A stretch of DNA of 64,000 nt from an uncultured Arcobacter sp. GTDB taxonomy: Bacteria > Campylobacterota > Campylobacteria > Campylobacterales > Arcobacteraceae. Shown in pieces: positions 1 to 9,057 of the stretch. Below the pieces are notes generated by a model that saw only the letters and a program-made list of their open reading frames with translations, did no database searches and was not told the origin of the DNA. The stretch is taken from assembly GCA_965140705.1 (NCBI GenBank), contig OZ223302.1, positions 544,001-608,000 on the forward strand. The letters run 5' to 3'. The first letter of the stretch is position 1. Every line of letters begins with the position of its first letter. The position numbers and the translations under genes were made by a program.

Positions 1-111
1 CATACAGCATATTATAGTGATAAAGCATACTTTGAAATGAGAGAAAAAGCTGCTCTAAATGCAAAAAGAATTTTAGAGGGCTTAGAACCTTTTAATATTG
101 TGAATAAATAA
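1..111 (+). CDS. 3' end (partial) of D-isomer-specific 2-hydroxyacid dehydrogenase family protein
   Basis: Frame 1 reads HTAYYSDKAYFEMREKAALNAKRILEGLEPFNIVNK*, matching the (P)HxAxYS catalytic-His region and C-terminal helix of this family; not in ORF track. Confidence 0.7.
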   Translation, partial: HTAYYSDKAYFEMREKAALNAKRILEGLEPFNIVNK

Positions 112-112
112 T

Positions 113-913
113 ATGAAAGATTCAACTAAACGAAAACTATTACAATCTGTTCTTTCAAGAAAAATATTTCAATCATTTCAAAGTCTATTTTTCAAAGTCA
201 CTTATAAGAATGAACCTTTATTAAATGAATATAAGAAAAATGGACTAGTTGTTTTATCAAATTTTTTTTCTATAGAAGAGTGTGACAAAATACTTACTAT
301 TGTGGACGATACTATAAAAATCTGTAAGAATGGATCATTATATAGTACTAAAATAAAGACTATTGATAGTGATCAAATTTATTATAATTCAAAAAGATTA
401 ATTTATTCTTTTGATTTTAAAGATACGGATAGTTATATAAATAAAATTGTAAATAATACTAAAATAAAAGAGATATGTGAATATTTAAATCACTCTAAAC
501 TTAAGCCTATTCAACATTGGACAAAAAGGGTTTACCCAAGAAACGAGCTTCAAAATCATAAAATTATGATGAATGAAAGTTGGCATCAAGACAGTGGTGG
601 CTTAAGTATGATTAGATTTATTGTATATTTAAATGATGTAGATGAAGAACAAGGACCTTTTGAATATATAAAAGGAAGCCATAAAAAAGAGATTAAAGAT
701 ATCTCAAAATATATAAAAAATAATAGAGATAAGATTATGAAGATATCTGGGAAAAAAGGCGATGTAATTATAGCAGATGTTACAGGTGGATGGCATAAAG
801 CAAATAAAGTTATTTCAGGACAAAGAGATACATTACAAGTTGCATTTATGTCTCCTTTATCAGATAAAATCAATAAACTCATTGGTTTTGGTACATATCT
901 TAAAAAAAGTTAA
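113..913 (+). CDS. Phytanoyl-CoA dioxygenase-like 2OG-Fe(II) oxygenase
   Basis: WHQD and GWHKA iron ligands, YLNDVDEEQGPFEYIKGSH motif, distal R. Confidence 0.8.
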   Translation: MKDSTKRKLLQSVLSRKIFQSFQSLFFKVTYKNEPLLNEYKKNGLVVLSNFFSIEECDKILTIVDDTIKICKNGSLYSTKIKTIDSDQIYYNSKRLIYSFDFKDTDSYINKIVNNTKIKEICEYLNHSKLKPIQHWTKRVYPRNELQNHKIMMNESWHQDSGGLSMIRFIVYLNDVDEEQGPFEYIKGSHKKEIKDISKYIKNNRDKIMKISGKKGDVIIADVTGGWHKANKVISGQRDTLQVAFMSPLSDKINKLIGFGTYLKKS

Positions 914-918
914 TTAGA

Positions 919-2067
919 ATGAAAAATACCCCTTTAGTATCAGTTATTTTAACAACAAAAAATAGAGAAACACTATTACAAAGAGCTATAAATTCAATAT
1001 TAAATCAAACTTATACAAATTTAGAAATTATTATTATAAATGATGCATCAAATGATAATACAAAAAAGAACCTAAAAAAATTAAAAGAATTAGACCATAG
1101 AGTTGTAATAATTAACAATAAAATAACATTAGGGTCTAATCCATCAAGAAATATTGGCATTAAAAGAGCTAAAGGAAAATTTATAGCTGGAATTGATGAT
1201 GATGATGAATTTATCTATAATAGAATTGAATTATTAGTAAAAAATTATGATAATAATTTCTCATTTATTACTTCAAATAATCAGTTAATTTTTGAAGACA
1301 CTACATTTTGTTCAAATATGCCAAGAGAAGTAACTTTAAATCAAATGTTATGTGAGAATGTTATTATGAATCAAGGTTTAATAGAAAGGTCTAGAATATT
1401 TGATGTTAATTTATATGATGAAAAACTCCCTTCCTGTCAAGATTACGATTTATGGATTAGATTAATATTACAATTTGGACCAGTTAAAATAATTCAAAAT
1501 GTTACCCAAAAAATATATCTTGAAGAATCAAGAGAAAGAATTTCTACGTACTCAAAAAGTAAAATAAAAGGTTATTTTATGTTTTATAAAAAATATAAAT
1601 ATCTAATGAGTGAATATCATAGAAAAATTCAACTTGATAGGTTGTACACAATAAAAAACAAAAAAAAATCTAATCTCATAGGATATATATTATCATATAA
1701 CTCATTTTTTAAAAAACTCTATTGGGATAAACTTTATAATGAAAGACTTGAGAAAGAAAATTTAATTTATAATTCACAAATAAATTTAATAAATAATATT
1801 CACAAGTTATTTAAAAATAAAAGTGATAAATATATTATCTATGGCTTTGGTACAATTGGAAAATTAATCTACAATTTATACAAAGAACAAATAATTGGTA
1901 TTTACGATAATAAATTAGATTTAACTAAAGAAGTTGAAAAAAATAAAATCTTGAGTAAAGAAATGCTTAAAATAAACTATCCAATTATTATAACTCCATA
2001 TAAATATAATGAAGAAATTTCAAAAGATTTATACAATTATAATAAAAATACTGTTACTATATATTAA
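919..2067 (+). CDS. Glycosyltransferase family 2 with C-terminal Rossmann-like domain
   Basis: VSVILTTKNR, IIINDAS, IDDDD, QDYDLWIR motifs. Confidence 0.9.
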   Translation: MKNTPLVSVILTTKNRETLLQRAINSILNQTYTNLEIIIINDASNDNTKKNLKKLKELDHRVVIINNKITLGSNPSRNIGIKRAKGKFIAGIDDDDEFIYNRIELLVKNYDNNFSFITSNNQLIFEDTTFCSNMPREVTLNQMLCENVIMNQGLIERSRIFDVNLYDEKLPSCQDYDLWIRLILQFGPVKIIQNVTQKIYLEESRERISTYSKSKIKGYFMFYKKYKYLMSEYHRKIQLDRLYTIKNKKKSNLIGYILSYNSFFKKLYWDKLYNERLEKENLIYNSQINLINNIHKLFKNKSDKYIIYGFGTIGKLIYNLYKEQIIGIYDNKLDLTKEVEKNKILSKEMLKINYPIIITPYKYNEEISKDLYNYNKNTVTIY

Positions 2068-2084
2068 AAATAAAAGGGTTAAAT

Positions 2085-2795
2085 GTGGTCAATAAGTGGA
2101 TAAAAGAATACACTAAAAATAAAAGTTTTGTAGATATTGGAGGACTTTGGAATACAGTAAATGAAAGAGTAACTGTTGCATATAAAAGTGAAGCGAAAAG
2201 TGTTACAATGATTGATATTCAAGAAAAAGATAATATTTGGTGGGAAAAATTTCATGATAGATGCAAGGAATTTGAAGTTAAAGAGTATAACTGTATGGTA
2301 TCTGATATAACACAAAAAGAAAACTTACAAAAAATTGGGAAATTTGATATTGTACATTGCTCTGGAATACTATACCATTTACAAGATCCTTTAGTTTTAA
2401 TAGACCACCTTTATGAGATTACTAATGAATTTTTAATGTTAGGAACTACTACAATACCAGATGTAATCAATATAAATAATGAGCAACTTGTTACTGAAAA
2501 AGGTACAACATATTTTATTCCAAATTTAGGAGAAAATCAGAAAAAATTTTTCAAAGCACATTTTGATAAAGAAAAATTATCTATTGCTGGTATTTCGAAT
2601 AATACACCTGTACACTGGTATAATGAGAAAGGTGAAGTAAACTATGGTCCATGGTGGTGGCTATTTACAAAAGATTATATTATTTCTTTATTAGCACTAA
2701 AAAAATTTGAAGTAATTGACACTTATGAAAACTGGGAGAATAAAGCACATATGTTTCTATGTAAAAAAATATCTGAGAATCAAAATGACAAATAA
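2085..2795 (+). CDS. Class I SAM-dependent methyltransferase
   Basis: FVDIGG motif I; FDIVHCSGILYHLQDP. Confidence 0.8.
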   Translation: MVNKWIKEYTKNKSFVDIGGLWNTVNERVTVAYKSEAKSVTMIDIQEKDNIWWEKFHDRCKEFEVKEYNCMVSDITQKENLQKIGKFDIVHCSGILYHLQDPLVLIDHLYEITNEFLMLGTTTIPDVININNEQLVTEKGTTYFIPNLGENQKKFFKAHFDKEKLSIAGISNNTPVHWYNEKGEVNYGPWWWLFTKDYIISLLALKKFEVIDTYENWENKAHMFLCKKISENQNDK

Positions 2796-3462
2796 AGAAA
2801 AATGGTCTACAGGAATAGAACATGAAATTGAATTTTGGAAAAAATGGTTTGATACAAAAGGTTACTTATGGCCAGAAGTATATGCTTTTAGAACAAATCC
2901 AAATTCTCAATTACAAAGTAACATAGAAAAATATCTTGAGAAATCAAAAATTATTAAAATATTAGATGTTGGTTCTGGACCATTAACAGGAATTGGTAAA
3001 ATAAGTAATAAAGGAAAAGTTGAAATTTCATCTACTGATGCTTTGGCAGATGAATATAAAAAGATTGCTCCTCCTGAATTAGATTTGTCTATGCTTTACA
3101 AATGTGATACAGAAAATTTAACAAAAGAATTTAAAAAAAATACTTTTGATGTAGTACATGCATCAAACACATTAGACCATAGTTATGATCCATTTTTATG
3201 TATTTTAGAAATGTTTAAAGTATGTAAACCAGGAGGAATTTTAGTTTTCTCACACTCATCAAATGAAGCAACAAAAGAAAATGGAATAGGTTTTCACCAA
3301 TGGGATTTTTTTATAAAAAATAAAAAATTTTATGCAAAAAAATTTAAGTCTAATAATGAACAACTTTTATTTAAAGAAATAGAAGATAACTATACACTTT
3401 TAGATATAAGTGACGATAACTCTAATTGGTGTTACATAACTATTAGAAAAAATAATTTATGA
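2785..3462 (+). CDS. Class I SAM-dependent methyltransferase
   Basis: ILDVGSGP, FDVVHASNTLDH, KPGG; start moved to the in-frame ATG at 2785 that overlaps the end of the upstream gene. Confidence 0.85.
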   Translation: MTNKEKWSTGIEHEIEFWKKWFDTKGYLWPEVYAFRTNPNSQLQSNIEKYLEKSKIIKILDVGSGPLTGIGKISNKGKVEISSTDALADEYKKIAPPELDLSMLYKCDTENLTKEFKKNTFDVVHASNTLDHSYDPFLCILEMFKVCKPGGILVFSHSSNEATKENGIGFHQWDFFIKNKKFYAKKFKSNNEQLLFKEIEDNYTLLDISDDNSNWCYITIRKNNL

Positions 3463-4787
3463 AAAAATTAGTTGTTCTACTTCCTGTATATAATTCAGAA
3501 GAATTTTTAGATGAGGCTATATTATCTTTATATAATCAAACCTTTACAAATTTTGATATTATTGCATGTGATGATGGTTCAACAGACAATAGTTACCAAA
3601 TATTATCAAAATACAAAAAAAAATATAAAAACTTTATAATTATAAAAAATTCTATTAATTTAGGGATAATCAAAACTAGAAATTTACTTTTAGCTTATGC
3701 TAAAGATTATGAATACATTGCATTAATGGATTCCGATGATATTTCACAAAAAGATAGATTTGAACTTCAAATTAGCTACTTAAGTAGAAATAAAGGTACA
3801 TTAGCCGTTTCTTCTGATATTATGATTATACCCTTTAATCAGATTATTAAATTTTCTAAATTTAATAATCTGATTAGAGAAAGAATGCTATTTACAAATT
3901 TGATAAATAATCCTTCTTCCATGTTTAAAAATGAAGTAATTACTAAATATAACTTAAAATATGATGAGAATCTTAAAAGTTCAGAAGATTACGACTTTTG
4001 GTTAAAAGTACTTAATCATGGTGAAATATATATAATTCCTAAAATTTTACTTCACTATAGAAGACATGGGAAACAAGAAACTACATTAAATAGAGAAAGG
4101 CAAGATAAAAGTAGAAATAAAATTATAATAAATTATTTTTCAACACTTGAAATTAAACTATCTGAAGATGATATTTTATTATTACTTGAACCTCATAATA
4201 TTGAATCTATTAATAAATTAAACCGATTAATAATGCTTTTTAAAATTATTACAACGAATAATGAAATAAATAAATTATACAATTCTAAAAAGTTAAAAGA
4301 ATTAATGAAAGACAATATTTTAATTGCACTTAAACATCTTAATAAAATTCAAGCTTATTATTATGTTTTATCAATTTTAGATTTTAGAATTTTACCTAAA
4401 GTACTAAAATATCTGTTTTTTTTATTTTTATATAAATTTAAAAAAGGCTCTAATTTACCTAATATTCAAGCTAATAAACTATTAAAAAAAGTAAAATCTC
4501 ATAATATTAAAGATTTTAACATTTATTGTGCAGGAGAAATAACAAAACATTTAATTACACAAACAAGAAACAATTTAAACATTAAAATTGAACAAATATT
4601 TGATATAAAAGCAATTAACTCTGAATATTCATTTAATTCATTCAAAATAAAATCACCTGAAAAAATAAAAAATATTAATAATAAAGTAATTGTAATTGCA
4701 TCTTATGAATATAAAAATGAAGTTTATGAATATTTAAAAAAACTTTTAGATGAAGATATTTCAGATTACATAATAATACAACTCTAG
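3459..4787 (+). CDS. Glycosyltransferase family 2 with C-terminal Rossmann-like domain
   Basis: LPVYN, DDGSTD, MDSDD, EDYDFW motifs. Confidence 0.9.
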   Translation: MKKLVVLLPVYNSEEFLDEAILSLYNQTFTNFDIIACDDGSTDNSYQILSKYKKKYKNFIIIKNSINLGIIKTRNLLLAYAKDYEYIALMDSDDISQKDRFELQISYLSRNKGTLAVSSDIMIIPFNQIIKFSKFNNLIRERMLFTNLINNPSSMFKNEVITKYNLKYDENLKSSEDYDFWLKVLNHGEIYIIPKILLHYRRHGKQETTLNRERQDKSRNKIIINYFSTLEIKLSEDDILLLLEPHNIESINKLNRLIMLFKIITTNNEINKLYNSKKLKELMKDNILIALKHLNKIQAYYYVLSILDFRILPKVLKYLFFLFLYKFKKGSNLPNIQANKLLKKVKSHNIKDFNIYCAGEITKHLITQTRNNLNIKIEQIFDIKAINSEYSFNSFKIKSPEKIKNINNKVIVIASYEYKNEVYEYLKKLLDEDISDYIIIQL

Positions 4788-4800
4788 GTAAAGGACAGAA

Positions 4801-6741
4801 ATGAAAAATAAGTCAGTAAATAATTATGTTACAATTATTACTTTATATATAAATAAAACTTACAATGATTTAAAAAGAAGTATATTAGAACAAACAATAT
4901 CTAATTGGATATGGTTGGTTATTATTGATGACAAAGAAAAATTTTCTATTTTAACTAAAGAAAATAATGATAAACGAATTAACTTTATTTATTTAAAGAA
5001 AATAAATAATACTTCTTTTAAATTTTTATTAAATAATATCACTTCAAATGCTATACTACTATTAGATTACTCAACAATCTTTCTTGAAAAAACTACTTTT
5101 GAAAAATATTTATTAAAAATGATTTTTAATCCCCAAGCCAAAACTTTCAAATCTTACAATATTTTTGAAGACAAAAAAAATATTCAAGAAATAAAATTTA
5201 ATTTTAAAGAGATTAATTCTATTTTACTAAATAAATATATCAGCTACACCTTATTTTTTGAAACAAATTTTTTCAAAAAGTTATTTTTGGATAGTAATAT
5301 ATCATTTACAGAATTTTTCAATGATTCAATACAAAAAATTTTAATAGAAAAGTATTCAATATCCGTTATAGAAGATTATTTAGAAACTATTCATTTGACA
5401 AAAGAATGTAAATATAACTATTCAAATTTTAAAAATTATAAATATACTTTTGAACAAAATCCTTATAATTCTTTTAAAAAATGTTTACCTAAAAAACTTT
5501 TTAATATTAATAAAAATAATTATAAAAATTCTTTACTTTTAATTGTACCTTGGTTAGAAATCGGGGGAGCGGATTTATTCAATATTAACTTACTAAAGGA
5601 ATTAGTAAAATTTAATTGGAACATAACTATTATTACAACACTAAAATCTAGCAATCCATGGTATAATGAGTTCTTAAAAATAACAAAAGATATTTTTATT
5701 TTACCTAATTTAGGTCCACAACAGGTATCTTTATCAATTATAAATCATATAATAAATTCTAGAAAAATTAATATTGTTATGGTTTCTAATAGTATGTTGG
5801 GATATCATTGTGTTCCATATCTGAAAACTCATTTTCCTAAATTAATTTTTGTTGATTATAATCATATGGAAGAAGAGTATTGGGAAAATGGCGGACATGC
5901 ATTTACAAGTGTAATTTTTCAAGATTATTTTGATAAAAACTTTGTTGCTTCTAAACATTTAAAAAATTGGATGATTACAAAAGGTGCAAAAAAATCTAAA
6001 ATTGATGTGTGTTATATTGGAGTTGAAGAAAAAAATTTAAACCTTACAATAAATCTTCCAGAAAGAATTAATTCATTTTTAAATAAAGACAACTATCCAA
6101 CAATTTTATTTGCAGGAAGATTTGTTGAACAAAAACAGCCTAATGTACTTATTAAAGTTATTGATAAAGTATTAAAAAATACAAAAAAATTTAAAGTAAT
6201 TATGTGTGGTGATGGTCCAATGTATAACGATATGATTACAATGGTTAAAGAATTAGAAATTGATGATAAGATATTATTAACTGGTGCACTAGATAATAAT
6301 TGCATTAGACATATAATGCAACATTCTGATATTTTCTTTTTACCCTCTAAATGGGAAGGAATTGCATTATCAATATATGAAGCAATGTTATTAAATATGG
6401 CTATTCTTGGTGCCAATGTAGGAGGACAAAAAGAACTTGTAACAGAAAAATGTGGTAAATTAATTGAGTTAAATAGTATTGAAGAACAAATTGACACTTA
6501 TACAAAATTTTTAACTAATTGGTTGAATAATAATAAAAAGTTAAATTATTTAAAAACTAATGCTTCAAATACTATAAAAAATAAATTTTTAGTTACTTAT
6601 ATGGGACAACATATGAATACTGAACTATTAAACTTAGTTAAAAAGGGAACAATAATTAAAAAATCTGATTTAAATCCTATAACTTCTTATATGTTTACCT
6701 ATAGAACAACAACATTATTGCATAAAAACGGTTTAGTATAA
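4801..6741 (+). CDS. Glycosyltransferase family 4 with a degenerate GT2-like N-terminus
   Basis: IGGAD, FAGRFVEQKQP, PSKWEGIALSIYEAM (EX7E), VGGQKE. Confidence 0.85.
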   Translation: MKNKSVNNYVTIITLYINKTYNDLKRSILEQTISNWIWLVIIDDKEKFSILTKENNDKRINFIYLKKINNTSFKFLLNNITSNAILLLDYSTIFLEKTTFEKYLLKMIFNPQAKTFKSYNIFEDKKNIQEIKFNFKEINSILLNKYISYTLFFETNFFKKLFLDSNISFTEFFNDSIQKILIEKYSISVIEDYLETIHLTKECKYNYSNFKNYKYTFEQNPYNSFKKCLPKKLFNINKNNYKNSLLLIVPWLEIGGADLFNINLLKELVKFNWNITIITTLKSSNPWYNEFLKITKDIFILPNLGPQQVSLSIINHIINSRKINIVMVSNSMLGYHCVPYLKTHFPKLIFVDYNHMEEEYWENGGHAFTSVIFQDYFDKNFVASKHLKNWMITKGAKKSKIDVCYIGVEEKNLNLTINLPERINSFLNKDNYPTILFAGRFVEQKQPNVLIKVIDKVLKNTKKFKVIMCGDGPMYNDMITMVKELEIDDKILLTGALDNNCIRHIMQHSDIFFLPSKWEGIALSIYEAMLLNMAILGANVGGQKELVTEKCGKLIELNSIEEQIDTYTKFLTNWLNNNKKLNYLKTNASNTIKNKFLVTYMGQHMNTELLNLVKKGTIIKKSDLNPITSYMFTYRTTTLLHKNGLV

Positions 6742-6898
6742 TAACTAACTGCAAGAATAATATTATTTAATATGGTACAAATTAACCTAGCAGTAAAATC
6801 AAAAGTTATCAATAAAATGAGGCTAAGTTCAAGAACTTACTCAGTCTTATTTTATTTAATAATTAGTAAATTTATAATAAATTAAAATAAAGAGTTTC

Positions 6899-8128
6899 AT
6901 GAAAATAGCAATTGTAAGCAAAAGTGATAGATTGGGAGGAGGAGCAAGTAAAGTTGCAGAGGACTTAACAAATTTATTATATAAGAATGGCCATTTTGTA
7001 CATCATTATAGAAGAGATTTGTCAAAAGGCTACACAGATAATTCAACTTCTGTTTATGGTTCATGGGAAAAAATAGCTAAGAAAGTTTATTATAAATTAA
7101 AATATTTTGGCTTTCAAGAAATTATTCCCTTTGAACTTTTACACCTACTAGAAGAAATTAAAAAATATAACTATGATATAATACATTTTCATGACTTGAG
7201 TACTGCTATCTCACCGTTTACACTTATGTATTTAAGTTCTAAGATACCTGTAGTTTGGACTATGCATGATTGTTCAGCTTTTACTGGTGGATGTATTTAT
7301 CCTATGGAATGTGAAAAATATAAAACTAGTTGTTCTCCCTGTCCTCAAAAAAATATCTGGCCAATGGGAGGGAAATTTGATTTTGCTTTTTTATATTTAA
7401 AAATTAAATCTAAACTTTATAGAAAAAATATTCATTTAATATCTCCTTCTAATTGGCTAGCTAATTTTTCAACAAAAAATACTATTATTAAAAAAAGACC
7501 AACAGTCATTCCAAATGGTATTAATATAAATACTTATCAACCATTAGACAAAAAACTTTCAAAAGATACTTTAAATATTCCAAATGAGCGATTTACAATA
7601 TTAATTACATCTCATAATATTAATGACCCACGAAAAGGTTTTAACTTTGCTATTAAAATTATACAAGAAATTAAACATTTAAATCCTTTTTTAATACTTG
7701 TAGGACAAATAACTATTGAAACTAAAAACTTACTTAGTGAGTTTGACTATTTTTCTTCAGGATATATTAGTGATTATCAAGAACTAAATAAACTTTATAG
7801 TGCTGCCGATATTTTTATTAACTGTTCCCTATCAGATAACTTACCACTAGTAGTGCTTGAAACTATGGCTTCAGGAACTCCTACATTTGGTTTTGCAACA
7901 GGTGGAATTCCTGAAATGATTCAACAAAATATCAATGGATATTTAGTAGAAAATAAAGATACAAAATCTTTAGCAAATAAAATTGAAGAAGTTTACATAA
8001 ATAATCAATTGTCTACATATAGTAAAAATGCTAGAAAACTAGCTGAAAATAAATTCAGTCATAAAATATTTTTAAAAAATCATTTAGATTTTTATACATC
8101 AATAACAAATAAAAAAAACACATACTAA
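6899..8128 (+). CDS. Glycosyltransferase family 4 (WcaC-like)
   Basis: GGGA, WTMHDCSAFTGGC, CxxC, DNLPLVVLETMASG, GGIPE. Confidence 0.9.
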   Translation: MKIAIVSKSDRLGGGASKVAEDLTNLLYKNGHFVHHYRRDLSKGYTDNSTSVYGSWEKIAKKVYYKLKYFGFQEIIPFELLHLLEEIKKYNYDIIHFHDLSTAISPFTLMYLSSKIPVVWTMHDCSAFTGGCIYPMECEKYKTSCSPCPQKNIWPMGGKFDFAFLYLKIKSKLYRKNIHLISPSNWLANFSTKNTIIKKRPTVIPNGININTYQPLDKKLSKDTLNIPNERFTILITSHNINDPRKGFNFAIKIIQEIKHLNPFLILVGQITIETKNLLSEFDYFSSGYISDYQELNKLYSAADIFINCSLSDNLPLVVLETMASGTPTFGFATGGIPEMIQQNINGYLVENKDTKSLANKIEEVYINNQLSTYSKNARKLAENKFSHKIFLKNHLDFYTSITNKKNTY

Positions 8129-8964
8129 TCTTCTTCAATTGCTACATTATAAACTGTTTACAAATCATTTGCAACAACTTTCCTATCTTTCTAATATATA
8201 TCTTAAAAATGAACGAATTTAATGAACTATAGACTTTTAAATTTCAGCTTTTGGATAAACTTCTTCAATTGGTTTATTAAATCCATTTAAACTATCAATT
8301 GCAAATCTTTATTTTTTAATTCATTGACTAAAGTTAACTAATATTTTGGTGTTTCTTTTTTTCCTATCAAAATTCCCAATATTTCTTTCTTACTATCAAT
8401 TATAATACTTAGCATTATTATATATATTACAATATTTTTAACTACTCTATCAACTCTTATTTATAAAACTGTAATATCATAAAGATAAATAGATATATTA
8501 TTTCAAATAGTCTTCTAGACCATTCCTTGGCTTTTTCAATTATTACATATATATTTTGAAATTGTTTCTTCTGAAAGTTGATAGCCATATAAAATGATTT
8601 TATATAAGTCTAACACTAATACCTTTAATATAGAAAGGATTAAATCTTCACTCCTATTAAAAGTCTTTCTATTTTTCTACCTAATTGTAGTTCGAATATT
8701 TCATTTTTTCTCTTTGGATTGCAACACCAAATTTACCATATTTTGATTTTTAAATCTTTTCCTTTGTTCTATTACAATAATTTGGATTGTCAGACTCTTG
8801 CTCTTTCTAATAGCCTAAAGGTGAGTCGATTTCAACTTCAATGGCTATTTAGTTTAGATAGATTCTCTAAAAAGGTTTTTAAATTCCTATAAAATTCCAT
8901 CTAATGAAATTTCTTTTCCTTCTTTAATTTGTTTTCGTAGTTCTTCTTTATTTAATATATTCAT
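8129..8964 (-). pseudogene. IS256-family (Mutator-type) transposase remnant with many stops and frameshifts, 3' truncated
   Basis: Minus-strand fragments in changing frames: MNILNKEELRKQIKEGKEISLDGIL*, LYGYQLSEETISK, IEKAKEW, KKEILGILIG, IDSLNGFNKPIEEVYPKAEI*KSIVH*IR, RKVVANDL*TVY; AAGGA RBS before the ATG at 8964. Confidence 0.85.
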
Positions 8965-9057
8965 TTGCAAATCCTTCAAATAAAGTTACTATATAGATCT
9001 TTTATTTTATCTAATAAATTAATACTTTTGAATTTACACAGTTAGTTTTGCACTACT
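8129..9057 (-). mobile_element. Degenerate IS256-family element; only the left terminal inverted repeat (about 9031-9057) is visible
   Basis: Minus strand AGTAGTGCAAAACTAACTGTGTAAATT about 65 nt upstream of the transposase start resembles IS256-family ends (AGTG...TGTGTAAA). Confidence 0.7.

Noticed and set aside
1653..1668. Poly-A runs (up to A9) in glycosyltransferase genes as phase-variation tracts
   Set aside because: Expected in such AT-rich DNA; frames are intact and no long poly-G/C tracts were seen
2716..2784. Long N-terminal extension and overlap of the second methyltransferase in the ORF track
   Set aside because: ATG at 2785 gives a normal short overlap; similar over-extensions were corrected for pseB, nuoI and the nuoE/F-position genes
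6814..6853. Imperfect hairpin between the two GT4 genes
   Set aside because: Mismatched and G-T-rich stem; at most a weak terminator
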